From NCBI GenBank assembly GCA_964510805.1, contig CAZEDG010000002.1:7653-71652 (forward strand): a stretch of 64,000 nucleotides of DNA. The letters are read 5' to 3'. Shown here in pieces: positions 1 to 9,900 of this stretch (position 1 is the stretch's first letter; each line of letters starts with the position of its first letter). Origin of the DNA: an uncultured Candidatus Saccharibacteria bacterium (GTDB taxonomy: Bacteria > Patescibacteriota > Minisyncoccia > Phycocordibacterales > UBA5272). The notes under the pieces were generated by a model. It made no database searches. It saw only the letters and a program-made list of their open reading frames with translations, and was not told the DNA's origin. A program made the translations under genes and the position numbers.

Positions 1-649
1 TTTCTTCATTTACTGTTGGTGAAGAGATAGGTACACCATCGAGGAAGATTGATACTTGCTTGCCGATATTTTCTTTTGTGATCTTCGCAAAGAGTTCAGT
101 TCCTTTATCATCAAAAGCAAGCTCGACGAGAGGTCTGTTCGAAGTCTGGTCGAACATAAGTGTTGCCTTCTTGAGGTACGTTCCTGTCAGTTCTGTTCTC
201 TCGAAATTATTGATAAGATCATAGATTGTAGAAGAAGCACTGAGTGGCTTCGCATCTTTTTTCTCAGTACGGAACTCAAGCACTGGGGTCTCGCCAATAA
301 GCTTCGCAGCTTGATCAGTATCAGAAACACCAGGAAGCTCAACCACAAGTCTCCACTCATTCGCAAGGCGACTATATGAGGTAGTCACCGTTGGTTCACG
401 CACCCCAAAGAGGTTCACGCGGCGCTCGATCACATCACGAAGTGATGACACGCTGTCTTCTACATTCACATCTTTTGGAAGTTGTGTAGTGTCTACAGAA
501 TACGTAAGTGCTGCACCCCCTGCAAGATCAAGACCGAGGACGAAGTCTTTTTTGAACTCACCCTTAAAGAGCGTGTCCCCTTTCCATAACCAAATACCGA
601 TAATACTAATAAAGAGAAGTACCCAAAATGCTTGTATTTTATGCTTCAT
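1..649 (-). CDS. secD: Protein translocase subunit SecD, N-terminal part; the gene continues beyond the window start.
   Basis: Reverse-strand translation from the ATG at 647-649 gives MKHKIQAFWVLLFISIIGIW...GLDLAGG...VSIFLDGVPISSPTVNEE, with a signal/TM segment and the SecD periplasmic domain pattern. The + ORF 56..379 is its antisense shadow. Confidence 0.7.
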   Translation of the reverse strand, partial: MKHKIQAFWVLLFISIIGIWLWKGDTLFKGEFKKDFVLGLDLAGGAALTYSVDTTQLPKDVNVEDSVSSLRDVIERRVNLFGVREPTVTTSYSRLANEWRLVVELPGVSDTDQAAKLIGETPVLEFRTEKKDAKPLSASSTIYDLINNFERTELTGTYLKKATLMFDQTSNRPLVELAFDDKGTELFAKITKENIGKQVSIFLDGVPISSPTVNEE

Positions 650-685
650 ACTAGGGGGATTCTACCATAAAGAGTAGATGAGAGA

Positions 686-935
686 CAACCAAAAGGGCCA
701 GATGTTAGAAGTTAGACTTTAGATGTTAGAAAATACAGATAAGTTAATAGTTTGTAGTTAATGGTTAATTGTAGAGAAAGAGGAGTGAGGAGCAAAATAC
801 AAGTTAATAGTTTATGGTTAATAGTTACTGGTAAATACAGGAACACAAGAGCGAGGCCGAAGGCCTCGCTCGTGTGTGTGTTGTGTTTTTATCTAAACTC
901 TAAAGTCTAACTTCTAACATCTAGAGGCTACCTAG
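686..935. repeat. MITE-like palindromic intergenic element, copy E1. Inverted AT-rich arms at 694-716 and 908-932; central GC hairpin at 849-871.
   Basis: The arm agatgttagaagttagactttag is the reverse complement of ctaaagtctaacttctaacatctag. The centre is gagcgaggcc-gaag-ggcctcgctc. It also contains ttaatagttaatgg-type subrepeats. Confidence 0.8.
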
Positions 936-2688
936 TCTTCGCCTCTGCGACACCAATCACTGATTCTTTGAGTGCAACAATCACTGAAGTAAGTGATTGT
1001 TTTGCGCTATCTAGAATAGCACTGAAGTTAAGGTTAACCGCTGGTGGGGTGGCAGGGACAACATCGAATGAAAGACCTCCAACATCAGTGTCATAATCTT
1101 GTGTATGCAGAGTATGGCCAGGAAACCCATACCAGTAATAACTAAGTGTTTGTCGTGTACCAAGTGTATGAGTTCCCGCCGAAGCTGGTGCAGTTAAACT
1201 AAAACTAAATGGAAGAGTATATATATCACCAGAACCAACAAATGTCGGGGAACCGAGATTGCCAGTATTTACAAAAAATAATCCTGGAGGTGGGTTACCA
1301 GCATCAAATGTCGAATTATACGCACCATCACAGTCCCCTTCATCAGAACCTCCATAACCCGCATCTGTTTCGAGCAAAAGACTTCCTGATACTGTCATAG
1401 AATCTCCTGGAGCATAAGTTGGGTTCGTGCCGATAGATATTGTACACCAAAAAGAAATCTCACCCATTCTCCCCCATGTCGAAGAATAAAGAGTAAGCGC
1501 CTCCCCCTTCCCCACCGACATCATACTCATCGCAAGGAAAAACATAGATACTGATGCAACCTTTGCAAGCTTGCCACCTGATACTTTGCGAATAATAAGT
1601 GAAGCGATAATGATAAGAGCAAGTACAGCAATAAGGATATACATAAGTGTTGTGTTATTAGATTGTGGAGTAACTTCTTTCTTAGCAACACGAATCACGG
1701 AGAAGTTATCGGTCTTCTGGTCGAGACGATTGTTATCTTTGTCAAAGAGAGCAAGCGTAATTGTACCCTCCTTACATGTCGCCTTAAGTGTATCTTCGAT
1801 CACAGGAGTATCAAGATCTTTGTGTCCTTGGCCACACGGTGCACCACTCTTGTCCTTAAGCGTATACGTTGCTTTTGACCCCTTAAAAGGAGAAGCTCGT
1901 ACTGTAGCAACAAGGTTGAGTCCGTCTTTACCTTCGGTAACAGCAAGACTCTTAATGATTCCGTATGCACCAGGAACAAATATGTTAGTAAGACTTGTCT
2001 CCTTGGTCTTCTCATCCTTCACTACGAACACTCCACGCTTCACATCACTCTTAAGTGTAAAAGTCTTAGTCTCTCCTTTCTTAACCGTTGTTGTAGCAGA
2101 GAGAAGCGCTGTAGGACTAAAGAGTGCTTCATACTCGGCATAAGAGATTGACGCATCAGCTTTGAAGGTACAGGTTACCTTAAGAGCATCTTTTACTTGA
2201 GCACAATCAATGATAGTGCTTGTATTCTTAGGAACAAGATCCTTTGCAAGAATAGACACAGAGTATCTAAGTCCAGCATCACTCTCAGCAACGAGAAGCA
2301 CTTGTACCTTAGACGCATTAAGAGGAGGAAGGGTGTAGGTAAAAGGCTTGTAGATCATCTCTCCTTCCTTAAGAGAAGGAACAATGCCAAGCCTCTCATA
2401 CGAAATCTGCTTATGGGTAGTCGTGTCCACAACCACAATACCGTACCCTATACCATTCTGCATTCCCATATTGCTCATGATATTGAATCCTCCAGTGTAG
2501 GTACCGTTGGATTCCTTGAAGGTAACATCAACCACACGTACATCAGCAATAACTGATACTTTTGTCTTAGACACCGCACCTGACGGTGGTTGAGGGGCTC
2601 TTGTTTGTTGTGCCGGCGCTTGCGCATACACAAACGATGTTGCTAATAATAGGTAGGTAGAAATAATAAAGGTTGTGGACTTTTTCAT
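928..2688 (-). CDS. Secreted/surface protein of unknown function, copy A (586 aa). It has a signal peptide and a central transmembrane segment.
   Basis: Long ORF. The N-terminus MKKSTTFIISTYLLLATSFVYAQAP looks like a signal peptide. It has a hydrophobic helix MYILIAVLALIIIASLIIRKV and a Gly/Ser/Thr-rich C-terminal domain. The + and - ORFs nested inside are shadow ORFs. Confidence 0.7.
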   Translation of the reverse strand: MKKSTTFIISTYLLLATSFVYAQAPAQQTRAPQPPSGAVSKTKVSVIADVRVVDVTFKESNGTYTGGFNIMSNMGMQNGIGYGIVVVDTTTHKQISYERLGIVPSLKEGEMIYKPFTYTLPPLNASKVQVLLVAESDAGLRYSVSILAKDLVPKNTSTIIDCAQVKDALKVTCTFKADASISYAEYEALFSPTALLSATTTVKKGETKTFTLKSDVKRGVFVVKDEKTKETSLTNIFVPGAYGIIKSLAVTEGKDGLNLVATVRASPFKGSKATYTLKDKSGAPCGQGHKDLDTPVIEDTLKATCKEGTITLALFDKDNNRLDQKTDNFSVIRVAKKEVTPQSNNTTLMYILIAVLALIIIASLIIRKVSGGKLAKVASVSMFFLAMSMMSVGKGEALTLYSSTWGRMGEISFWCTISIGTNPTYAPGDSMTVSGSLLLETDAGYGGSDEGDCDGAYNSTFDAGNPPPGLFFVNTGNLGSPTFVGSGDIYTLPFSFSLTAPASAGTHTLGTRQTLSYYWYGFPGHTLHTQDYDTDVGGLSFDVVPATPPAVNLNFSAILDSAKQSLTSVIVALKESVIGVAEAKTR

Positions 2689-2699
2689 ACTACTTAGTA

Positions 2700-2920
2700 T
2701 ATATGGAAGAAGATAAGATTAACGAGGAAGTTGTACACAGATGGTAATGAGAGTGAAGAATGAAGTTAAACTAGATGTTAGAAAAGCGGATAACAGACCG
2801 CTCCGCTACAGACAACAGATAATAGACAATACACACGAGCGAGGCCGAAGGCCTCGCTCGTGTGTGTGTTGTGTTTTTATCTAAACTCTAAAGTCTAACT
2901 TCTAACATCTAGAGGCTACC
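2700..2920. repeat. MITE-like element, copy E2. It has a variant left arm (acagataacag type). The hairpin at 2837-2859 and the right arm at 2896-2920 are identical to E1.
   Basis: gagcgaggccgaaggcctcgctc followed by ctaaactctaaagtctaacttctaacatctag is identical to 849-932. The left part carries a gcggataacagaccgc palindrome. Confidence 0.7.
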
Positions 2921-4676
2921 TAGTCTTCGCCTCTGCGACACCAATCACTGATTCTTTGAGTGCAACAATCACTGAAGTAAGTGATTGTTTTGCGCTATCT
3001 AGAATAGCACTGAAGTTAAGGTTAACCGCTGGTGGGGTGGCAGGGACAACATCGAATGAAAGACCTCCAACATCAGTGTCATAATCTTGTGTATGCAGAG
3101 TATGGCCAGGAAACCCATACCAGTAATAACTAAGTGTTTGTCGTGTACCAAGTGTATGAGTTCCCGCCGAAGCTGGTGCAGTTAAACTAAAACTAAATGG
3201 AAGAGTATATATATCACCAGAACCAACAAATGTCGGGGAACCGAGATTGCCAGTATTTACAAAAAATAATCCTGGAGGTGGGTTACCAGCATCAAATGTC
3301 GAATTATACGCACCATCACAGTCCCCTTCATCAGAACCTCCATAACCCGCATCTGTTTCGAGCAAAAGACTTCCTGATACTGTCATAGAATCTCCTGGAG
3401 CATAAGTTGGGTTCGTGCCGATAGATATTGTACACCAAAAAGAAATCTCACCCATTCTCCCCCATGTCGAAGAATAAAGAGTAAGCGCCTCCCCCTTCCC
3501 CACCGACATCATACTCATCGCAAGGAAAAACATAGATACTGATGCAACCTTTGCAAGCTTGCCACCTGATACTTTGCGAATAATAAGTGAAGCGATAATG
3601 ATAAGAGCAAGTACAGCAATAAGGATATACATAAGTGTTGTGTTATTAGATTGTGGAGTAACTTCTTTCTTAGCAACACGAATCACGGAGAAGTTATCGG
3701 TCTTCTGGTCGAGACGATTGTTATCTTTGTCAAAGAGAGCAAGCGTAATTGTACCCTCCTTACATGTCGCCTTAAGTGTATCTTCGATCACAGGAGTATC
3801 AAGATCTTTGTGTCCTTGGCCACACGGTGCACCACTCTTGTCCTTAAGCGTATACGTTGCTTTTGACCCCTTAAAAGGAGAAGCTCGTACTGTAGCAACA
3901 AGGTTGAGTCCGTCTTTACCTTCGGTAACAGCAAGACTCTTAATGATTCCGTATGCACCAGGAACAAATATGTTAGTAAGACTTGTCTCCTTGGTCTTCT
4001 CATCCTTCACTACGAACACTCCACGCTTCACATCACTCTTAAGTGTAAAAGTCTTAGTCTCTCCTTTCTTAACCGTTGTTGTAGCAGAGAGAAGCGCTGT
4101 AGGACTAAAGAGTGCTTCATACTCGGCATAAGAGATTGACGCATCAGCTTTGAAGGTACAGGTTACCTTAAGAGCATCTTTTACTTGAGCACAATCAATG
4201 ATAGTGCTTGTATTCTTAGGAACAAGATCCTTTGCAAGAATAGACACAGAGTATCTAAGTCCAGCATCACTCTCAGCAACGAGAAGCACTTGTACCTTAG
4301 ACGCATTAAGAGGAGGAAGGGTGTAGGTAAAAGGCTTGTAGATCATCTCTCCTTCCTTAAGAGAAGGAACAATGCCAAGCCTCTCATACGAAATCTGCTT
4401 ATGGGTAGTCGTGTCCACAACCACAATACCGTACCCTATACCATTCTGCATTCCCATATTGCTCATGATATTGAATCCTCCAGTGTAGGTACCGTTGGAT
4501 TCCTTGAAGGTAACATCAACCACACGTACATCAGCAATAACTGATACTTTTGTCTTAGACACCGCACCTGACGGTGGTTGAGGGGCTCTTGTTTGTTGTG
4601 CCGGCGCTTGCGCATACACAAACGATGTTGCTAATAATAGGTAGGTAGAAATAATAAAGGTTGTGGACTTTTTCAT
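2916..4676 (-). CDS. Secreted/surface protein, copy B. It is 100% identical to the protein encoded at 928..2688.
   Basis: The ORF-track translation is identical over all 586 aa. Nucleotides 2837-4733 are identical to 849-2745. Confidence 0.7.
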   Translation of the reverse strand: MKKSTTFIISTYLLLATSFVYAQAPAQQTRAPQPPSGAVSKTKVSVIADVRVVDVTFKESNGTYTGGFNIMSNMGMQNGIGYGIVVVDTTTHKQISYERLGIVPSLKEGEMIYKPFTYTLPPLNASKVQVLLVAESDAGLRYSVSILAKDLVPKNTSTIIDCAQVKDALKVTCTFKADASISYAEYEALFSPTALLSATTTVKKGETKTFTLKSDVKRGVFVVKDEKTKETSLTNIFVPGAYGIIKSLAVTEGKDGLNLVATVRASPFKGSKATYTLKDKSGAPCGQGHKDLDTPVIEDTLKATCKEGTITLALFDKDNNRLDQKTDNFSVIRVAKKEVTPQSNNTTLMYILIAVLALIIIASLIIRKVSGGKLAKVASVSMFFLAMSMMSVGKGEALTLYSSTWGRMGEISFWCTISIGTNPTYAPGDSMTVSGSLLLETDAGYGGSDEGDCDGAYNSTFDAGNPPPGLFFVNTGNLGSPTFVGSGDIYTLPFSFSLTAPASAGTHTLGTRQTLSYYWYGFPGHTLHTQDYDTDVGGLSFDVVPATPPAVNLNFSAILDSAKQSLTSVIVALKESVIGVAEAKTR

Positions 4677-4739
4677 ACTACTTAGTATATATGGAAGAAG
4701 ATAAGATTAACGAGGAAGTTGTACACAGATGGAAGGAGG

Positions 4740-4852
4740 TAACTAGATGTTAGATATTAGATATTAGACTTTAGATATTAGAAAATACAGATAAGTTAAT
4801 AGTTAATAGTAAACACAAGAACACAAGAGCGAGGCTGTAGGCCTCGCTCTTT
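4740..4852. repeat. MITE-like element, copy E3. This is a half element: a left arm and a hairpin with a tgta loop, with no right arm.
   Basis: ctagatgttagatattagatattagactttagatattagaaaatac ... gagcgaggctgtaggcctcgctc at 4827-4849. Confidence 0.65.
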
Positions 4853-5122
4853 GAAGTTAAGAAACCAGAGGGCTTGCCTCTCTGTTTCAATCGGGATTAA
4901 CCCATTTGTATTCTCAGTATATATCTTACAAGGTATTTGTCGAATTACTATTCTTCTCCTATTTTATCTTCTCCTATTTTAAAATAGTTTTCATAATATC
5001 GAGATTAAGTAAAAAAGCCCCCAACGAAGACGGAACTTCATAAGGGTCTTTTTCGTAGTGATGTAGGTAGTATACACCTATTTAGAAATAAAAAAGGATA
5101 TTCCACATGCTACAATAAAAAT

Positions 5123-5617
5123 ATGAAAAATAACTATGCTTTTATAGATAGTCAAAATGTTTATCTTTCTGTAAAAGAACAAGGGTGGCAAATAGACTGG
5201 AAAAAATTTCGTATTTATTTACGTTTTAAATATAATATTTCAAAAGCATATTTATGTATTGGTTATATTGAAGGTAATAGTGATCTTTACAAAGAATTAC
5301 AAGAAGCTGGTTTTATTTGTATTTGGAAAACAGTTTTAAAATATAAAGATGGAATGATTAAAGGAAATGTAGACGCAGAACTAGTTCTTAATACTATGAT
5401 TGAAAAAGATAATTTCAACAAGGCTGTTATTATTTCTGGTGATGGAGATTTTTTTTGTTTAATTGAACACCTTCTAAAAATAAATAAACTAGAAAAATTA
5501 CTTATACCTAACAAACAAAAATATTCTGCACTTCTTAAAAGAAAAGATATACGTGGTCACACAGACTTTATAAGTGATTTAAAAAATAAAATCGGCAATA
5601 CTAGAGCTAAAAAATAA
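5123..5617 (+). CDS. NYN-domain (LabA/NYN PIN-like) putative ribonuclease.
   Basis: FIDSQNVY ... GNVDAELVLNTM ... ISGDGDF follows the NYN/LabA acidic-residue pattern. The region is very AT-rich (about 28% GC) compared with its neighbours. Confidence 0.6.
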   Translation: MKNNYAFIDSQNVYLSVKEQGWQIDWKKFRIYLRFKYNISKAYLCIGYIEGNSDLYKELQEAGFICIWKTVLKYKDGMIKGNVDAELVLNTMIEKDNFNKAVIISGDGDFFCLIEHLLKINKLEKLLIPNKQKYSALLKRKDIRGHTDFISDLKNKIGNTRAKK

Positions 5618-5621
5618 AAAA

Positions 5622-5658
5622 AGGACCTTTCAGGCATATCATGCGTCCTGAAAGGTTA
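5622..5658 (+). terminator. Intrinsic terminator hairpin after the NYN gene.
   Basis: ggacctttcagg-catatcatgcgt-cctgaaaggt followed by tatcctttt. Confidence 0.55.
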
Positions 5659-5763
5659 TCCTTTTCGTTGGTGATATGTAAAGTATATCTAAATATAAAA
5701 CAATGTCAAGAATTACAAAACATAGAGAACATAAGAAGTCGACAAAAGCGTTAAGAAAAGCAC

Positions 5764-5792
5764 TTGACAAAACAAAAGGATTCGTGTATAAT
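5764..5792 (+). promoter_or_regulatory. Perfect sigma70 consensus promoter: TTGACA, 17-nt spacer, TATAAT.
   Basis: ttgaca at 5764-5769, a 17-nt spacer, and tataat at 5787-5792. It lies about 135 nt upstream of the GC-rich lipoprotein ATG at 5927, which has the SD gaaaggagg. Confidence 0.6.
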
Positions 5793-5926
5793 CTACTACA
5801 GACCTTGTTGGCTTTTCTGATAGCAATGTCTAAGAAGCCAAAAGGAGTCCTTCACAAGATATTCGCAAGAATATCGCGTGGAGTTCCTGCAATTTCTCAA
5901 TTTTCCAACTTCGAAAGGAGGCCACA

Positions 5927-6854
5927 CATGGCCACGTTCATCCGTCGCACCTTCGGCGCGACTCACTCCCTCATTGCAAAGATCCTTGTGATCTTCGCGC
6001 TGGGGATGATCCTCGTCGCCTGCGGTGGTGGCGGGTCCTCGACCCCGACGACCCCCACTCCGCCGGTCAAGACCCCGGTCGCCGGCGACTTCACGATGAC
6101 CCAGAACCCGTCGAACGGAGCAACCGGTGTCGCCGTGAACGTCAAGCCGACGATCACGATCAACGTGAAGGCCGGTACCTATGCCTCGGCGTCTTCGACC
6201 GAGACGTGCGCCGGGCAGACCGTCGAATCGGCGTTTGTTGCGCCGACAGTCTTCACCGGCACGGTTGAGCTTGCCTTGGTCAACAAGGCAAACTTGCCGT
6301 ATGCCACGACATGCGCGTGGAACGGCTCGGTGACTGTCGCTGGGATTGACGGTGGAGCTTCCTCCACCCAAAACTTCAGCCTCAGTTTCACCACCGAGAA
6401 CTGGTGGCCACCCAAGAAGGTGCTCGAGATCGGCGTGAAGGGTGGCGACACCCCTCCGCAAGAGATCCCGATGGAGACCAATCCGACCAACACCCCCGCC
6501 ATCGGCGGTGATGTATGGAAAGCGAAGGTTGCCGACACCACTATCCAAGGGTTCAAAGTTGGCATGAAGTTGACAGGCGTCAACAATGATGAGCTGTACG
6601 GCATGGTCTTTGTCAACCCATTGACGAAAAACCGTTGTGTTGCTCTTGTTTACGCGAAGGATGGTACCAGTATCTTCCAGGATCCTCGCAACTACGGAGG
6701 ATGCAGGACAACTATGTTCGATGCTTGGTGGGGAACCTCTGATGGGTATATCCTGCGTTACCCTTCACTCAGTAATCGCTGTTACAAGACAGTTTTCGTA
6801 CCCTCAAACGGTGGTTTCCAAGAAATCCTTCCTGACGTTCCTTGCCCAAATTAA
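5927..6854 (+). CDS. High-GC lipoprotein, probably acquired horizontally. It has a lipobox (LVAC), a Pro/Thr linker and Ig-like beta-rich domains.
   Basis: Start MATFIRRTF...ILVIFALGMILVACGGGGSSTPTTPTPPVKTP. GC is about 60% over 5927-6700 against a genome background below 40%. The ORF-track start at 5703 is rejected because the promoter and the AT-rich leader lie inside that extension. Confidence 0.65.
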
Positions 6855-6998
6855 GATCTGACCCAATAGTTAGATCTGACGCGCTATCTTCACCGATGGC
6901 GCGTTTCTTTTTATAAATAAGTGAATAACTGTACTTCATGATACTTATATGGTGCTATACTCCTTGTATAGCTTCTATATTTTTACTAATCACAATTT

Positions 6999-9900
6999 TT
7001 GTACATTAACATGATGAATTTTATTAACAAAGTTTTCCTGGGAAGTATGTTTGTAATCGCATTACTTCTTCTGTCATCTCATATTGAAATAGTCTATGCA
7101 GGCAATACAAAAACTGCAACATATGGAGACCCTCTACAACTTAACTATAATACTTCTGGAGTAAATAGTTGTAACAATATAGATGTTCCTGGAGGTGGCG
7201 GGTATGCACTAAATGGATCAGTTTCAGCAAACTCTTCGGGTAATTTTGATCCTGGCAACGCTTCTGTTGGTGGTATTTTTACTCTTACTTGTATAGCCAC
7301 AAACGGATCAGGCCCAGCGTCAGACTCTGCCACCCTCACCGTTAACCCTCTCTCTTGTTCCCCTGGTCAATACACCACAGGATCATCGTGTGTTAATTGT
7401 GGTCAAGGATACTACTGTCCCGGAGGAACAACAGCTCGACAAAATTGTGAACCAGGATATTACTGTCCAGGGACAACCGAATCAGATCACACCCCTTGCT
7501 TAGGAGGATGGTCATCTGGATGGAATTCTACCGTATGTAACCCACCATCATGTTACGCTGGAGAGTACTGGGGAGGTTCCTCGTGTCTCACTTGTACAGC
7601 AGGTAACTACTGTCCAGGAGATCAAACCTCTCACCCTTGTGCCGATGGATATACTTCTTCAGGAGGAGCGTCGAGCTGTTCTCCTCGTTGTACTCCAGGT
7701 AACTACTGGACCGGTGGATCAGGTGGATCCTGTGCAACATGCCCTCAAGGAAAAACATGTGATGGTACCACTACTCAGACACCCTGTCCTGCAGGAAAGA
7801 TATGTGATCTAGGTACTGCTCCTGGTGGCGGAACTCTCTGTACTGTAGGAAACTACTGTCCGTCTGGCACAACCCCTGGAGGAGGAGTTCAACCGCCACA
7901 AGCGTGCGGTGGCGGAATGACTTCTAACCCTGGTGCCACCAACTCTAGTCAATGTTTCCTCCCAAGTTGTTCTCCTGGGCAATACCTCAACGCTTCTTCT
8001 TGTGAGCAATGTACCGCAGGATACTGGTGTGATGGAAGTGGTTCACGTACTCCATGTTCAGCAGGAACATACTGTCCAGCAGGGACAGAACCAAGTGGAG
8101 TAAACGGTCCAAAAACATGCCCTCAAAATAGTTACTGTCCTGCACAATCAGGATCCCCTACTTCATGTGAAACTGTTGGTGCCGGATATGTAACCAATAG
8201 TGGAGGCGCAACCAACGCAGGACAATGTCACGCGCCGTCGTGTACTTCAGGTGACTATTGGAACGGATCATCCTGTACCACGTGTACCGCAGGATACTAT
8301 TGTGATGGAACAAGCGGAGGAAGAACTCCATGTCCGGAAAAATTCTATTGTGGACCAGGGACTACAGAACCAACTAATCCATCTAATCCTCCTCGGACAT
8401 GTACCGCTGGATATATGTGTGACGCAGGTACCACAGACTCTGGGGCAGGAAGTCCTACTCCATGTACTCAAGATCACTTCTGTACGGGGGGAAACTCAGG
8501 TCCAAGTGGATCAAACCCTCCAACGGCCTGCTCAACAATTGGTACGGACTTTGTAACAACTGGAACAGGCGCGACAGCGTCTACTGATTGTCATTTGCCA
8601 TATTGTCCATCTGGTAACTACTGGAATACAGGTACTCATGCTTGCGCTACTTGTCCAGAGGGAAAAATCTGTGACGGAACAAGTGCACCTCAACCATGTA
8701 CAGCAGGATATTATTGTCCAGCAGGAACAAAACCAAGTGGTGTAGATGGTCCAAGGAACTGTCCGGTAGGATCATGGTGTGATGGAAATGACGGTAGTGG
8801 TGGCGGTAACACTTCTAATAATGGTGGCTACCCTCCGCAACCATGTTTAGGAGGACTTACTTCTCCAGAAAACTCTATTTCTTCTGGTGCATGTCGTCCA
8901 CCGACATGTCCTTCTGGAGAATACTGGAATAGCACCGCTAGTTCATGTAAACCATGTACTTCTGGTAATTACTGTGGTGGAGATGGAACACAAACTCCAT
9001 GTCCTCCAGGATTCGTATGTGGTCCAACTACAACACAACCAGGTGGAACAAACCCGCCACACTCATGTCCTGCAGGATCTTCCTGTCCTGGTGGAAACAC
9101 CGATCCGGCAGACACTGACACTAACACCAATCCGCCTATCGTCTGTACTGCTAACCACTACTGTCCAACGGGACCAATTATTACCGATCCAGGAACAGAT
9201 AACCCTCTTCCTTGTCCAGAAGGCAAATGGTCAACCGTTGGATCTTCACAACTATCTGACTGTCAGTCATCTAACCCAAGTGGGCCAGACTTAACTATTG
9301 ATACTATCTATCCAACAACTGTGACATCAGGTGTAATGACTACCTTCTATACCACCATTGAGAACAGAGGTACGACTAATACCGGGGCATCATTCTATAA
9401 CCTTGTGTACTTTGCAGATCAAACAGATGGCAATGGAACTATTTCTACAACAACTCCATACAACGGTCTCTACCCTGCATACTATACCGGCAAGATGGGA
9501 ATACTTGGGGTAAGCGAAGCGACAACAACATCAGCACGTCACGCATTCACTGCACCTGGATCAGTAAAATTCTGTACAGACAAGCAAAACCAAAATGATG
9601 CGACCGGGCTTGTAAACGAAGGAACAGGAGAAAACAACAACTGTACCGGATGGATCAATATCGCCATCTCAGGAGTAAGTTCTTGTTCCCCTGGAATGTA
9701 TAACAACGGCAGTTGTGTTGCTTGTCCTCCAGGTAACTTCTGTTCAGGAGGAACTACTCCTTCCCCATGTCCTTCTAACACCTACTGTGACGGTGCTGGC
9801 CCTGGCGGAATCGGTAACACCCCTCCTGGTGGAATCTATCCTCCTGTATCATGTAGTGGTGGATTCGTCTCTCCGCAAGGATCAGGTAGTTCAGGATCTT

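Noticed and set aside
56-677. Plus-strand ORFs 56..379 and 489..677 at the window start.
   Set aside because: They are antisense to the strongly supported secD reading frame on the minus strand.
1209-2556. Plus-strand ORFs (63, 190, 71 and 119 aa) and the minus-strand ORF 1800..2015 nested inside the 586-aa surface-protein gene, with the same set duplicated at 3197..4544.
   Set aside because: They are shadow ORFs fully contained in the long, well-featured minus-strand gene and have no start context.
5703-5926. N-terminal extension of the lipoprotein ORF back to the ATG at 5703.
   Set aside because: The extension is AT-rich, unlike the rest of the gene. It contains the perfect -35/-10 promoter and the SD that serve the ATG at 5927.
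5796-6616. Minus-strand ORFs of 250, 145 and 66 aa across the GC-rich lipoprotein region.
   Set aside because: They are typical antisense ORFs generated by high GC, with Arg/Gly-rich low-complexity translations, while the plus-strand gene has a signal peptide and lipobox.
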